From Snowella sp. (GTDB lineage: Bacteria > Cyanobacteriota > Cyanobacteriia > Cyanobacteriales > Microcystaceae): a DNA stretch of 64,000 bases. Shown one piece after another: positions 20,422 to 31,170 of the stretch. Where the stretch lies: NCBI GenBank assembly GCA_035285545.1, contig JAYKGY010000150.1, forward strand, positions 37,775-101,774, given 5' to 3'. A program made the position numbers and the translations under genes. Each line of letters begins with the position of its first letter. Position 1 is the first letter of the stretch. The notes under the pieces are model-generated. The model worked only from the letters and a program-made list of their open reading frames with translations. It did not search any database and was not told where the DNA came from.

Positions 20422-21255
20422 TTAATGATTAAGCTGAGCTTTGGCTTTTCTCCAGAGCGTTTCTAACTCATTGAGGGTGTAATCATTGAGGGGTTTCTCA
20501 GCAAATTTTTCCATTAAAGAAAGTCGTTGAATAAAGCGTTGATTGGTTCCGTCCAAGGCATCGGAAGGGTTTAAATCGTACCAACGGGCAATATTAATCA
20601 GGGTAAACAATAAATCTCCGAGTTCTGCTTCTTGATGTTGCTTATCATCACATTGCAATGCTTCTTTAAATTCTGCTAATTCTTCCTCAAATTTTTCCCA
20701 AACCCCCTCGGCATTTTCCCATTCAAACCCAAAGGCGGCCGCTTTTTTAGAAATTTTGCTCCCTGCCATCAAGGGCGGTAAGGTTTGGGTATAGCGTTTA
20801 AATTGGGTACTGAGACGTTTTTGTTCTTCGGGATGAATGCCTTTTTCCTCGGCTTTAATTTTTTCCCAATTGTCCCGCACGGTTTCAACATTATCGACTT
20901 CGAGTTCACCAAAGACATGGGGATGGCGACGGATCAGTTTTTCGGCAATGCCCTTGGCGACTTCTTTTAAACTAAAATATCCTTCATCTTGGGCAACTTG
21001 GGCTTGTAGAACGACTTGTAATAATAAATCCCCTAGTTCTTCCGCGATCGCGGCTTGGTCTTCACTTCGGATCGCATGAACCACTTCATAGGCTTCTTCA
21101 ATCACATAAGGAATCAGGGTTTGTTGGGTTTGGGCTAAATCCCAGGGGCATCCCCCATTCGGCGATCGCAGTTTAGCCACGACATCAATTAAATGTTGCA
21201 GTGCATCCAAAATAGCTTGGGACGTTTGATCGGAGGAATTAGCAAGACTAGACAT
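20422..21255 (-). CDS. mazG: Nucleoside triphosphate pyrophosphohydrolase
   Basis: LRSPNGGCPWD, EEAYE, EELGDLL and RRHPHVF motifs; tandem MazG domains. Confidence 0.95.
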   Translation of the reverse strand: MSSLANSSDQTSQAILDALQHLIDVVAKLRSPNGGCPWDLAQTQQTLIPYVIEEAYEVVHAIRSEDQAAIAEELGDLLLQVVLQAQVAQDEGYFSLKEVAKGIAEKLIRRHPHVFGELEVDNVETVRDNWEKIKAEEKGIHPEEQKRLSTQFKRYTQTLPPLMAGSKISKKAAAFGFEWENAEGVWEKFEEELAEFKEALQCDDKQHQEAELGDLLFTLINIARWYDLNPSDALDGTNQRFIQRLSLMEKFAEKPLNDYTLNELETLWRKAKAQLNH

Positions 21256-21329
21256 AAAGCGGGAATTTTTTTGAAGAATTGATTATCATAACCAGTATTA
21301 TTGCTTACTAACTGATGGGTGGTGATGCG

Positions 21330-21917
21330 ATGACCTATACAACCCAACAATTGATTGCCATTTTAGACGAAGAATTGCGGGCGACTTGGCAGGGCAAACG
21401 AATCCTGTTGTCTTCTGATCAACGGTTTGATAATTCTGTGGTTGCCAAAGCCATCGATATGCAGAAAGTGAACAAAGTCTTTGCCTATCAAGATTTTCGT
21501 CAACAAATTCATCAATATCAGCGATCGCATAATGTATCAGGGATTATCTGGCGAGAATGCCGTTTTCAGGATCAATCTTTGCGCTATCCCGAAATCCATA
21601 ATCAGTTAATTGCTATTCCAGACGATAAGAAAATTTTGATGGAAGCGAAAACATCAGTGTTGAATTTTTGGAAAATCAATACCCAAGGGATGGGATTTTG
21701 GCTAAATGCTCATCATCGTCGCCCAATTAGTCTTGATTCCTTAGAAGATCTGATTATTGACAGCGAATGGGCCGAAATTGATGCCACTCGAACTGAACTC
21801 TATTTAGGATTGTGTTGGGGAAACCCCCAGGAACACCAGTACGACTGGGCTAAACCGAACTCTGGGTGTCATCGGATTATTGCTGCGATTAATGAACCCA
21901 GCGCGATTAAAGTTTAA
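21330..21917 (+). CDS. Conserved cyanobacterial hypothetical protein
   Basis: Long ORF with YTTQQLI.IL.EELRA...DFR.QIHQYQ....VSGIIW. Alternative start at 21315. Confidence 0.65.
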   Translation: MTYTTQQLIAILDEELRATWQGKRILLSSDQRFDNSVVAKAIDMQKVNKVFAYQDFRQQIHQYQRSHNVSGIIWRECRFQDQSLRYPEIHNQLIAIPDDKKILMEAKTSVLNFWKINTQGMGFWLNAHHRRPISLDSLEDLIIDSEWAEIDATRTELYLGLCWGNPQEHQYDWAKPNSGCHRIIAAINEPSAIKV

Positions 21918-23017
21918 GCAGGATGGTAGAAAAAAGCAACGCCTAAGATGGTATAGGTTGCTAATAGCAGCGTTCCATCTAACCAGTTAGAGCGACCACT
22001 AAAACTAATCAAATTCGTTACTGTTACTGAGACTGCTAACGCAACGACTTCAAAAGGATTGAAATTCAGATCCATGTCTTGGTTTAGCATGATTCCTGCA
22101 AAGACCAGTAACGGCGCGACAAATAGGGAAATTAACAAACTATCCCCTGTTGCGGTGGCCATGACTAAATCCATTTTGTCCTTTGAGGCTAATTGAATAA
22201 CGGTGACGATACCTGACACATCGCTGATCAAGGGTAAAAAAATGACCCCCGTAAACAGCGGTGTTAATCCATAGCCATCAGTTACTAAATCCACGACATC
22301 CACAAACAGTTCCGATTCAAAGGCAACAGCAACGGTCGCAGCAATTAAAATTCCCATCCAAATCCATAAATAATAAGGATTTTCATCGGCTTCTTTATCC
22401 TCATCTGATGTTGGTTCAGGTTTAATGGCAACACTGACATCGTAAAGATAACTATGAGTCTTCAAAGAAAATAGCAAAGTCAATCCATAGACAATGATCA
22501 AAACCGTTGCCACCACGAGTGATAATTGTTTAATCACCGCCCCATCAATCATATTTGAGGTATTAATCACCAAGGTCGGTAAGGCGATCGCGATGACAGC
22601 GAGGGTCATAGAAAGGCCATTTACTCTGGCTAAAATTGGTTGAAATTCCTGCTCCTTGTAACGAATTCCGCCAGTAAACATCGCCAGCCCTAAACACAGC
22701 AGTAAATCACTAAGAATACTACCTGTAATACTCGCTTTGACGATATCAACTAAGCCTTCGCGTAGAGCGATTAGGGTAATAATTAAAACGGTCGCGCTAC
22801 CGAATACTGCATTAATTAAGCCCCCTAAGGATGGCCCTGTTACGACTGCGACTTTTTCTGTTGCTGTACTTAAAATAATGGATAGGGGAATGATGGCTAA
22901 GGCTGAAAAAGCAAAAATACTGGTTTCTGACCACTGCGATCGCGCAGCCACGAAGGAAAGCGGAATAAAAATTAATAATAAAAGAAGAATAAAATATTTA
23001 AGTTTAAATTTAAACAT
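21914..23017 (-). CDS. cax: Ca2+/H+ antiporter (CaCA/Cax)
   Basis: About 11 TM segments; GPSLGGLINA.FG, ASITGSILS.LLL and SNWLDG.LLL motifs. Confidence 0.85.
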   Translation of the reverse strand: MFKFKLKYFILLLLLIFIPLSFVAARSQWSETSIFAFSALAIIPLSIILSTATEKVAVVTGPSLGGLINAVFGSATVLIITLIALREGLVDIVKASITGSILSDLLLCLGLAMFTGGIRYKEQEFQPILARVNGLSMTLAVIAIALPTLVINTSNMIDGAVIKQLSLVVATVLIIVYGLTLLFSLKTHSYLYDVSVAIKPEPTSDEDKEADENPYYLWIWMGILIAATVAVAFESELFVDVVDLVTDGYGLTPLFTGVIFLPLISDVSGIVTVIQLASKDKMDLVMATATGDSLLISLFVAPLLVFAGIMLNQDMDLNFNPFEVVALAVSVTVTNLISFSGRSNWLDGTLLLATYTILGVAFFYHPA

Positions 23018-23049
23018 TGAATAATAATATTTTTATGTTTCTATTTTTT

Positions 23050-23140
23050 GTAAGGACATAATATATTATGTCCCTACCCTGTATAGAATTTAGCCGCTAA
23101 GTTTTTATATTATCCAAGAGCGAACGCAATTCGCCCCTAC
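23050..23140. repeat. Two GTAG-type REP-like palindromes
   Basis: GTAAGGACATAATATATTATGTCCCTAC (23050-23077) and GAGCGAACGCAATTCGCCCCTAC (23118-23140). Confidence 0.65.
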
Positions 23141-23169
23141 ATTATTGATGATTTAAATCATTCATAAAA

Positions 23170-23484
23170 CTATTGCATTTCACCAATATAAGCTTTACGG
23201 GTTTTACGGTTAAATAAACAGAGGACTTGGGTTTCTTTATTTTTCATGTGGGCTTGAGGATAACGACCTTTAATAATCAATCCGTCATAGCCGACATTAT
23301 CGCCAAATAAAATACTTTTTCCTACAGGTTTAGCTTCTTTTAGTTCGCTGGCTTGAGTACATTTTTTAATCACTTCCTGATTATGTTTTTCCCAAGCTTG
23401 AGGGGATGAGGCTTCCGCTTTAAAAGCAACACTCTGTAATCCCAATAAAATCAACGAACCTGATAAAATAAGTGATTTGAACAT
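23170..23484 (-). CDS. Small secreted hypothetical protein
   Basis: Signal peptide AEA/SS, two Cys and a GRYPQAHM motif. Confidence 0.7.
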   Translation of the reverse strand: MFKSLILSGSLILLGLQSVAFKAEASSPQAWEKHNQEVIKKCTQASELKEAKPVGKSILFGDNVGYDGLIIKGRYPQAHMKNKETQVLCLFNRKTRKAYIGEMQ

Positions 23485-23569
23485 GTTTAATTAGCAACCA
23501 ATTTCTCGATTTAACAGCCTTAAAAACCAGTGTTTTCAAGAATTTATCCTCAATAAGCCCCATCATAGT

Positions 23570-24070
23570 ATGAATTTACCCGTTAATCAGCCCGCTCTGA
23601 CTCATTTAAATGCTCAAGGGGAAGCCCACATGGTTGATGTTTCCGAAAAAGCAGCAACTCGACGGGAAGCGATCGCGGTGGGTGAAATCAAAATGTCACT
23701 AACCACCTTAAAAGTTATTGAGACAGGCAATGCACCCAAAGGGGATGTCTTAGGAACGGCTAGGTTAGCGGGCATTATGGGAGCTAAACAAACCGCTCAA
23801 TTAATTCCCCTCTGTCATCCCTTGCCATTGCACAAAATTAGTGTTGAGTTACAAGCTGATGAAGATTTACCAGGCTATCGCATTCAAGCAACCGTAAGCA
23901 CTAAGGCAGAAACGGGGGTCGAAATGGAGGCATTAACTGCTGTTTCCGTTGCGGCTTTAACCCTTTACGACATGGCTAAAGGCTTAGAAAAATCCATGCA
24001 AATTACTAATATCCATTTAACCAGCAAAATAGGAGGCAAATCAGGAGATTATCGGGTTAATAATAGTTAA
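23570..24070 (+). CDS. moaC: Cyclic pyranopterin monophosphate synthase
   Basis: LTHL...G.AHMVDVS.K, LIPLCHP and TGVEMEALT motifs. Confidence 0.97.
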   Translation: MNLPVNQPALTHLNAQGEAHMVDVSEKAATRREAIAVGEIKMSLTTLKVIETGNAPKGDVLGTARLAGIMGAKQTAQLIPLCHPLPLHKISVELQADEDLPGYRIQATVSTKAETGVEMEALTAVSVAALTLYDMAKGLEKSMQITNIHLTSKIGGKSGDYRVNNS

Positions 24071-24235
24071 GGCTGAATTAAAATGAAGCTTACAGTTAAT
24101 TTTGTCAATATCCTAATCCTTAAATCCCGAAATACAGGGAAAGCTGATGGCAGTGAAAGTCGCATAACCAGATTTAAATAGAGAAAGGCTTGGGATAATC
24201 TTCTACCTTGACTCTAAACCCAACCCATTCTTTCG

Positions 24236-25339
24236 ATGATCACCATTTATACTCAGATCCCATCAGGACAACAGTGGTTGGCTCAATATCGATCGCGTCG
24301 TCCCCTTTTTGCCTGTTTATTAGGCTTCACGGAAACCGGATTAATTCCGGGCATTTCAGCAGCCGGTAAAACCCCAAAGGATCGTCAATATACCGCGATC
24401 GCCGATGCCGAATTTTTAGTCAATGGCTGCACCCCCAGCCCTCGCTATGCCTTACCCCCTCTAAGCGTTGGCGTTTCTCCTGTCTTTATTACCCGTGCCG
24501 TTTTAGAGACTCTCGATATCCCTATCTATTTATTTAATAGCGGATTACCCATTCCTCCGGCTGTTCCTATCATTGATCTAGAAGGACAACCGGCTGCTTG
24601 CCTCACCACAGGAAATGCCTTGCCCCTAAGCGTTGTGCATCATTTATTTGAGCAGGGATTAATCTGGGGAAAAAAACTAGCGCAAAACTGTTCTGACGGT
24701 TATTTAATCGTGAGTGAATGTGTAGTCGGTGGAACCACAACCGCTTTAGCTCTTTTAACGGCGTTAGGGTTCGATGCTTTCGGCAAAGTTAACAGCAGCC
24801 ATCCTGAATGTAATCATCAACAAAAAGCGAAATTAGTAACCCAAGGCTTAAAATCAGCTAATTTATTAACTTCTGATCCATTTCAATGTGTGGCCACCGT
24901 TGGAGATCCGATGCAAATCACCGCAGCCGGAATGGCGATCGCTGCCAGTCAATCTGTTGGTGTGATGTTAGCGGGGGGAACCCAAATGTTAGCGGTTCAT
25001 GCCCTCATCCAAGCAATTTTAAAAACGGGCCTATATCCAGCAAATTTAAACCAAATAGTTGTAGGAACCACCCGTTGGGTCGCAGAAGATCGGACAGGGG
25101 ATACGGTCGGATTAGCTGAACTCATTGCGCCGGTATCTCTTATAGGTACGTCATTAAGTTTTCACGATTCCCGCTATCCCCCACTTCAGGTGTATGAACA
25201 GGGCTTCGTAAAAGAAGGGGTAGGAGCCGGAGCCAGCGCGATCGCAGCAACTCTTTATCAAAATTGGCAACAGCATGATTTATTAACTAATATTGAGTAT
25301 TTGTTAGATCGGTATATAGCCCTCAAGCAGACAGCCTAG
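24236..25339 (+). CDS. cobT: NaMN-dependent phosphoribosyltransferase (TIGR00303-type)
   Basis: TETGLIPGISAAG, ECVVGGTTTA, LAGGTQM and YEQGFVKEGVGAG motifs. Confidence 0.88.
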   Translation: MITIYTQIPSGQQWLAQYRSRRPLFACLLGFTETGLIPGISAAGKTPKDRQYTAIADAEFLVNGCTPSPRYALPPLSVGVSPVFITRAVLETLDIPIYLFNSGLPIPPAVPIIDLEGQPAACLTTGNALPLSVVHHLFEQGLIWGKKLAQNCSDGYLIVSECVVGGTTTALALLTALGFDAFGKVNSSHPECNHQQKAKLVTQGLKSANLLTSDPFQCVATVGDPMQITAAGMAIAASQSVGVMLAGGTQMLAVHALIQAILKTGLYPANLNQIVVGTTRWVAEDRTGDTVGLAELIAPVSLIGTSLSFHDSRYPPLQVYEQGFVKEGVGAGASAIAATLYQNWQQHDLLTNIEYLLDRYIALKQTA

Positions 25340-25343
25340 CAAA

Positions 25344-26702
25344 ATGACATTAATTATTGCAGGAGAACGGAGCGGAGTCGGAAAAACGACCATTACCTTA
25401 GCATTACTAGCTTATTTAGTCCAAAAAGGAGCAACCGTTCAATCCTATAAAGTGGGCCCGGATTATATTGATCCAATGTTTCATACGGCGGTGACAGGTC
25501 GCCCTTGTCGGAATTTAGACCCGGTTTTGACCTCAGAAGCCTATGTAAAGACCTGTTATGCCCGTCACTGTCAAACAGCGGAGTATGGTTTGATTGAAGG
25601 GGTTATGGGATTATTTGATGGTATTTTTTTAAATAATTGCCCTAATTTTGCCTCGACTGCCCATATTGCTCGCCTTTTAAAGCTTCCTGTTCTTTTAGTC
25701 ATTGATTGTGCCCGCTTATCGGGTTCGGTTGCCGCGATCGCCGCAGGATATCGAGATCTTGATCCAGCCGTTTCTATTGCGGGCATCATTTTAAATCGCG
25801 TAGGGAGCGATCGCCACTTAACCCTGCTCCAACAGGCCCTAGAACCCTTAAATCTGCCCATCTTAGGGGTTTTATCTCGTCAAGACAACTTAACGATTCC
25901 CGATCGCCATCTAGGGTTAGTCCCGACCGATGAATTGCCCCACTTAACCGAATTATTCCAACGACTAGCGGCTTTAGCAGAACGCGCGTTTGATTGGGAA
26001 AAACTATTGCCTTTACTAGCAATTAAACCGATTTTTCCTCAACCCGAAACGCCAAAACCGATTATTGGTCATCCTCGTATTGCTGTTGCCCGCGATCGCG
26101 CCTTTAATTTTTACTATCAGGATAATTTGGATCTATTCACCACCTACGGAGCCGAATTGGTTTACTGGAGTCCATTGGCCGATGCTCATTTACCCCCCAA
26201 CATTCAAGGTTTATACATCGGAGGAGGATTTCCCGAAATTTTCGCCCAAACCTTAAGTGAGAACCAACTCCTACGCCAAGAAATTAAAACCGCGATCGCC
26301 CAAGGAATGCCAACCTATGCCGAATGCGGTGGGCTAATGTATCTTTGTGAAGCGATTATAGATTTTGCAGGTCAAAGCTGGCCAATGGTGGGAACATTAC
26401 CAACGGCTGCCATCATGGACAAAAAATTGACGCTAGGTTATCGACAAGCAACTTCCCTTCCTTCCAACACATGGCTTCCTCAAGGGAAAAGCATTTGGGG
26501 TCATGAATTCCATCGTTCTCGCTTAAATCACCAATCTTCCCAGCCGCTCTTCCAAACCCAAGGTTATCTTCCTCAAGACCCCCTCAATAACGAAGGATGG
26601 ACGCAACAAAAATGCTGTGGAACTTATCTTCATCTTCACTTTGGTGAGTACTCCTATCTCGCCCAAAACTACCTTCAAGCCTGCCTTGCATTTCCAAAAT
26701 AG
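25344..26702 (+). CDS. cobB: Cobyrinate a,c-diamide synthase
   Basis: SGVGKTT, KVGPDYID, EGVMGLFDG, YAECGG and GHEFH motifs. Confidence 0.95.
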   Translation: MTLIIAGERSGVGKTTITLALLAYLVQKGATVQSYKVGPDYIDPMFHTAVTGRPCRNLDPVLTSEAYVKTCYARHCQTAEYGLIEGVMGLFDGIFLNNCPNFASTAHIARLLKLPVLLVIDCARLSGSVAAIAAGYRDLDPAVSIAGIILNRVGSDRHLTLLQQALEPLNLPILGVLSRQDNLTIPDRHLGLVPTDELPHLTELFQRLAALAERAFDWEKLLPLLAIKPIFPQPETPKPIIGHPRIAVARDRAFNFYYQDNLDLFTTYGAELVYWSPLADAHLPPNIQGLYIGGGFPEIFAQTLSENQLLRQEIKTAIAQGMPTYAECGGLMYLCEAIIDFAGQSWPMVGTLPTAAIMDKKLTLGYRQATSLPSNTWLPQGKSIWGHEFHRSRLNHQSSQPLFQTQGYLPQDPLNNEGWTQQKCCGTYLHLHFGEYSYLAQNYLQACLAFPK

Positions 26703-26742
26703 ATCGGTTAACCTAGAGCTAGTCAATCATTAAACTAAAACC

Positions 26743-26960
26743 GATTAGGGATACAGGAGGTGATGCCCATGATAGAAAGTAGTAAACGCATGGGTCGCCT
26801 GGTTGAAGTTAGCCAACTGTGGGCTGGGGCTGTTCTCTAAGTAGTCAGTTCTATAACAAACCCAAGAACTGTGATTGGGGTTCCTCCCAGCAGTCAGGTT
26901 TCAATCAGAGAGACCCCGCTAGACCGCTTCTTCTACTTCACGTAGGGGGAGCGGATAGTG
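26743..26960 (+). ncRNA. Candidate structured sRNA / dual-function RNA with a 25-codon ORF (26763-26840)
   Basis: TAAACT -10-like hexamer at 26731, perfect AGGAGGTG RBS, several hairpins and a terminal 13-bp stem at 26924-26954. Confidence 0.5.
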
Positions 26961-27262
26961 TTTTAAGGCCAGACCTACCGTATAAACAGTGCTATACCAG
27001 ATCATAAATTGGCACTAAAGTGATCCATTTTTAATTTAAAACGGTATAATCACCATATAAGAGTCTACATAGCTACCATCAAGAAAGTTATACAGATTCA
27101 ATAAATTTAGAGAAATAGTTAAAGCGTATTTCTTTAGATAGAGCTTAATACTGTCATCTAATCTTTAAATTTTTTTTTAAATCTGTCTCTCGATCCCAAA
27201 AAGCTGTGTATAATGAAAATGACTGTAGCGTAAAACCCTATCGTCAAACATAAGGTGTTAAG

Positions 27263-27271
27263 GTGTGAGGA
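27263..27271 (+). promoter_or_regulatory. Yfr1 sRNA target motif in the porin 5' UTR
   Basis: GTGTGAGGA, 9 nt before the ATG, is complementary to the Yfr1 motif ACUCCUCACAC. TATAAT -10 at 27209-27214. Confidence 0.7.
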
Positions 27272-27280
27272 AAAGCGAAA

Positions 27281-29221
27281 ATGCTTAAAACTTTCTGGAA
27301 ATCTTTATTAGTTAGCCCAGCGTTAGTTGGTGCTGTGTTTGCTGTAAATGCTCCTGCTCAAGCAGCTCCTGAAGCTAGCAATGTTCAAGCAAACGACAAA
27401 ATTTTAAATCAATTAGACCAATACAGCAACGAAGGTCAAACGGGAAACACCGTTGATCAAGTTACCAGTGTCAGTGAACTGCGAGATGTACAACCCACTG
27501 AGTGGGCTTATGAAGCACTCAGAAGCTTAGTTGAACGCTATGGTTGTATCGTCGGTTATCCTGATCGGACTTTTCGTGGTAACCGTGCCCTCAGCCGTTG
27601 GGAATTTGCGGCTGGTTTAAACGCTTGTATGAACGTAATGGAGCGTTTAATTCAGGAAAACGTAGCAGTTCTTCGTGAAGACATTGATAAGCTCAGACGG
27701 CTTATGCAAGAGTTTGAAGCTGAATTAGCTGCTTTAGGCGCACGGGTAGACAATCTTGAAGCACGTACCTCTTACTTAGAAGATCATCAATTCTCAACTA
27801 CCACCAAATTAACTGGGGAAGTTGTCATTGCACCTTCGGGAATCTGGGGAACCAAAAACACGCTGAATAACCAAACCAATAACAATCAAATTGTTATGCA
27901 AGATCGGGTTCGGTTACAGTTCAACACCAGCTTTAGCGGAGATGACTTATTGGTTACTCGTCTTGCCGCTAACAACTACGACCCCTTCAAGACCTTCTAT
28001 CCTACCAACAATGTTATTGACCCCAACATCAACAGCGGTCAACAACTTGGAATCGTCGGTGACTACTACAGCAGCCCAACCTTCACCCAATCCCACAATA
28101 CGGGTGGTGGCGGCCCTAACAATAACGTAGCTGTTGACTGGTTAGCCTACTACGTTCCCATCAACCTCAGTGATAGCCTCCGCTTAAATACCTACATTGC
28201 CGCTTGGGGTGGTATTTGGCCTGACTTCGTTCCTACAGCAAACCCCTACTTCGATGACTACACCGGTGGTAAAGGTGCCATCAGTGCATTCTCTGAAAGA
28301 AACCCCATTTACAACATTGGTGGTGGTAGTGGTATCGGTACCAGCTTAGAACTCGGCTTCTTAAATAGCCTTTTAGGGCCTAGCTCCTTAAGCTTGGGTT
28401 ATTTAGCCGGTTCAGCAAACAATCCTAACAGCCCTGGTGCACCTGGAACTAATCCAGTAACGGGCCAGCCCTATGCCTATAACGATGGTGGTAACGGTTT
28501 ATTCAATGGTAACTATGCGGCTTTAGCACAATTAAATGCGAATATCGCTGATGGTATCAATCTTGCTTTTACCTACGTTAACGCTTACCACTCTCCTGAT
28601 AGCCCCATCTTCGGTCAAGGCGGTAAAACAGGTTTAGGTATCGTTGGTACAACTGCTGCTAACCTTTCTCGTGCAGAGTTAAACCGTTCCTTAGCAGGTG
28701 GTGGCATTGGTGCTCCCCCGATCGCGACCAATACCTATAACTCTCAATCCGGCCCTGAAGCCTACGGTGGTGCTCCAGATGGTACCTTTGGTAACTACAT
28801 CAATCCCTATGACTTCGGTGGTAAAACAACCAATAGCTACGGTATCTCTGGTGCTTTCCGTCTTGCCGACTGGTTAAACTTTAACGCTTATGGTAGCTAC
28901 ACCAACGTTTATGTTACTGGTGCTGGCAACGGTGACATCTGGACTTATGGTGGTGGTTTTGCAATCCCCGATCTTGGAAAAGAAGGTAACCTCCTCGGTA
29001 TCTTCGCTGGGGTTCAACCTTATTTAACGGGTTATAACAACGCAGGTAACAATCTCTTGCTTCCTCGTTCCAACCCTGTCCAAGTTGAATTGTTCTACAA
29101 GTACCAAGTTACTGACAATATTTCCATCACCCCCGGTGTGATCTGGATTTCCAAACCCGAACAAGTCACCAATGCTAAAGATGCTGTAATCGGAACCTTA
29201 CGTGGAACCTTTACCTTCTAA
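27281..29221 (+). CDS. Outer-membrane porin, SLH + OprB-type (Som / iron-uptake porin family)
   Basis: Signal peptide, QVTSVSELRDVQPTEWAYEAL SLH domain, coiled coil, QFSTTTKL and C-terminal GTLRGTFTF. Confidence 0.95.
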   Translation: MLKTFWKSLLVSPALVGAVFAVNAPAQAAPEASNVQANDKILNQLDQYSNEGQTGNTVDQVTSVSELRDVQPTEWAYEALRSLVERYGCIVGYPDRTFRGNRALSRWEFAAGLNACMNVMERLIQENVAVLREDIDKLRRLMQEFEAELAALGARVDNLEARTSYLEDHQFSTTTKLTGEVVIAPSGIWGTKNTLNNQTNNNQIVMQDRVRLQFNTSFSGDDLLVTRLAANNYDPFKTFYPTNNVIDPNINSGQQLGIVGDYYSSPTFTQSHNTGGGGPNNNVAVDWLAYYVPINLSDSLRLNTYIAAWGGIWPDFVPTANPYFDDYTGGKGAISAFSERNPIYNIGGGSGIGTSLELGFLNSLLGPSSLSLGYLAGSANNPNSPGAPGTNPVTGQPYAYNDGGNGLFNGNYAALAQLNANIADGINLAFTYVNAYHSPDSPIFGQGGKTGLGIVGTTAANLSRAELNRSLAGGGIGAPPIATNTYNSQSGPEAYGGAPDGTFGNYINPYDFGGKTTNSYGISGAFRLADWLNFNAYGSYTNVYVTGAGNGDIWTYGGGFAIPDLGKEGNLLGIFAGVQPYLTGYNNAGNNLLLPRSNPVQVELFYKYQVTDNISITPGVIWISKPEQVTNAKDAVIGTLRGTFTF

Positions 29222-29261
29222 GCGATAACTGACAGTATCGAATTTTGTTGAAATATGATTA

Positions 29262-29285
29262 GCCCTGCTGTACGCAGGGTTTTTT
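29262..29285 (+). terminator. Intrinsic terminator of the porin gene
   Basis: GCCCTGC-TGTAC-GCAGGGT followed by a T-run. Confidence 0.85.
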
Positions 29286-29365
29286 CGTTGTGGCATTTTA
29301 AACTAGTGCCTCTTCAAATTGATTAAGATTGAATACGGAGATCCTAAATTAGAGGTAGAAACTGG

Positions 29366-30307
29366 ATGAAAATTGCCAATAATGTCACAGAACTCATTGG
29401 TCGTACTCCTTTAGTGCAACTCAATCGAATTGCCGCGACGGAAGGTTGTGTGGCACAAATTGTGGTGAAACTAGAAGGAATGAATCCATCGGCTTCGGTG
29501 AAAGACCGCATTGGGATTAATATGGTGAATCGAGCAGAACGAGAGGGGTTGATTAAGCCGGGTAAAACGATTCTTGTTGAACCTACGTCGGGTAACACGG
29601 GAATTGCCTTGGCGATGGTGGCTGCTGCAAAGGGTTATCAATTAATTTTAACGATGCCAGAAACGATGAGTCAGGAAAGACGGGCTATGCTTCGGGCCTA
29701 TGGGGCTAAATTGGAGCTAACCCCAGGTAGTGAAGGAATGAGCGGATGTATTCGGCGTGCTCAAGAAATTGCGGCAAATTTACCGGATGCTTATATGTTG
29801 CAACAATTTAATAATCCGGCAAATCCTGAAATTCATCGTTTAACAACCGCCGAGGAAATCTGGGAAGATACGGATGGACAAATAGATTTTTTGGTGGCTG
29901 GTGTCGGGACTGGGGGCACGATTACTGGAGTTGCAGAGGTTATCAAAGCTCGCAAATTGAGTTTTCAGGCGATCGCGGTAGAACCGAGTAATAGTCCTGT
30001 ATTATCAGGCGGTGCCCCTGGGGGTCATAAAATTCAAGGAATTGGAGCCGGTTTTATTCCAGATGTTCTTAAGGTTGACCTAATTGATGAAGTTATTACC
30101 GTAACCGATGAGGAAGCAATCCGCTATAGTCGTCGATTAGCAAGAGAAGAAGGATTATTATCTGGCATTTCGAGTGGTGCAGCCTTATTTGCCGCGATTC
30201 AGGTGGGTAAACGCCCCGAAAATAAAGGGAAATTAATTGTGATGGTGCAGCCTAGCTTTGGAGAACGTTATTTAAGCACACCCTTATTTCAAGACTTAGA
30301 GCCTTAG
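29366..30307 (+). CDS. cysK: Cysteine synthase A
   Basis: [12 protein letters not shown] lysine, [13 protein letters not shown] and [10 protein letters not shown] motifs. Confidence 0.97.
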   Translation: MKIANNVTELIGRTPLVQLNRIAATEGCVAQIVVKLEGMNPSASVKDRIGINMVNRAEREGLIKPGKTILVEPTSGNTGIALAMVAAAKGYQLILTMPETMSQERRAMLRAYGAKLELTPGSEGMSGCIRRAQEIAANLPDAYMLQQFNNPANPEIHRLTTAEEIWEDTDGQIDFLVAGVGTGGTITGVAEVIKARKLSFQAIAVEPSNSPVLSGGAPGGHKIQGIGAGFIPDVLKVDLIDEVITVTDEEAIRYSRRLAREEGLLSGISSGAALFAAIQVGKRPENKGKLIVMVQPSFGERYLSTPLFQDLEP

Positions 30308-30363
30308 TAAATCCTTTAAAAGCGTAGTATTTAAAATAGGGATTAAATCTTCCCTGATTTTTT

Positions 30364-31044
30364 ATGGATTATTATGAAATATTAGAGGTTGCTCGAACAG
30401 CCACGCAGCGGGAAATTAAACAATCCTATCGACGTTTAGCTAAGCAGTTTCACCCCGATAGTCAGCATCAAGCGGCGAACCACGACAGTATTATTCAACT
30501 GAATGCAGCCTATGAGGTTTTAGGCGATGTTCAACGGCGCAACTTCTATGATCAACAATTAGAGGGATATGCTCATTTTGCCAAGCGAGACCAACGGAAT
30601 AGCCAAGCCCAGTCCCACTATCGTCAGCAACGTCAAGCCGCTAAACAAGCGGAACAATCTTTACAACAATGGATGCAAACGGTTTATCAACCCTTAAATC
30701 GTTTATTTTTCCAAGTTATTCGGCCTTTGAATGATCAAATTGATGAGCTTGCTGCGGATCCGTTTGACGACGAATTAATGGGAAATTTTCAGGATTATTT
30801 AGAGCAATGCCGTCAATTTCTTGGAAAAGCACGTTTTCTTTTCTCTTCTCAACCTAATCCGGCTGAAGCCGCTAAAATTGCCGTAATACTTTATTACTGT
30901 TTGAATCATTTAGATGATGCCATAGAAGAATTGGAACAGTTTACCACCAGTTACGATGAGCATTGTTTAAATACGGGTAAAGAATTGTTCCGTTTAGCCA
31001 AGCAATTACTTCAGGAAGCAAAATTAATGGCTCAACAAATTTAA
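30364..31044 (+). CDS. DnaJ-domain protein
   Basis: N-terminal J domain with HPD, then a helical C-terminus. Confidence 0.88.
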   Translation: MDYYEILEVARTATQREIKQSYRRLAKQFHPDSQHQAANHDSIIQLNAAYEVLGDVQRRNFYDQQLEGYAHFAKRDQRNSQAQSHYRQQRQAAKQAEQSLQQWMQTVYQPLNRLFFQVIRPLNDQIDELAADPFDDELMGNFQDYLEQCRQFLGKARFLFSSQPNPAEAAKIAVILYYCLNHLDDAIEELEQFTTSYDEHCLNTGKELFRLAKQLLQEAKLMAQQI

Positions 31045-31170
31045 GAATGATTAAATAATTTATTGTTTAATCCTAATTTATGCTGAATTTAGATTATTGT
31101 AGTGAATCAATGCTGTGTATTTACAGTGGATAGTTGAAAAATTAGTCTCGTAGAATTGAGGAAAATACTA

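Noticed and set aside
26819..27007. 62-aa ORF on the + strand
   Set aside because: GTG start without RBS, runs through the terminal hairpin and has no protein-like features. The region is better explained as structured RNA.
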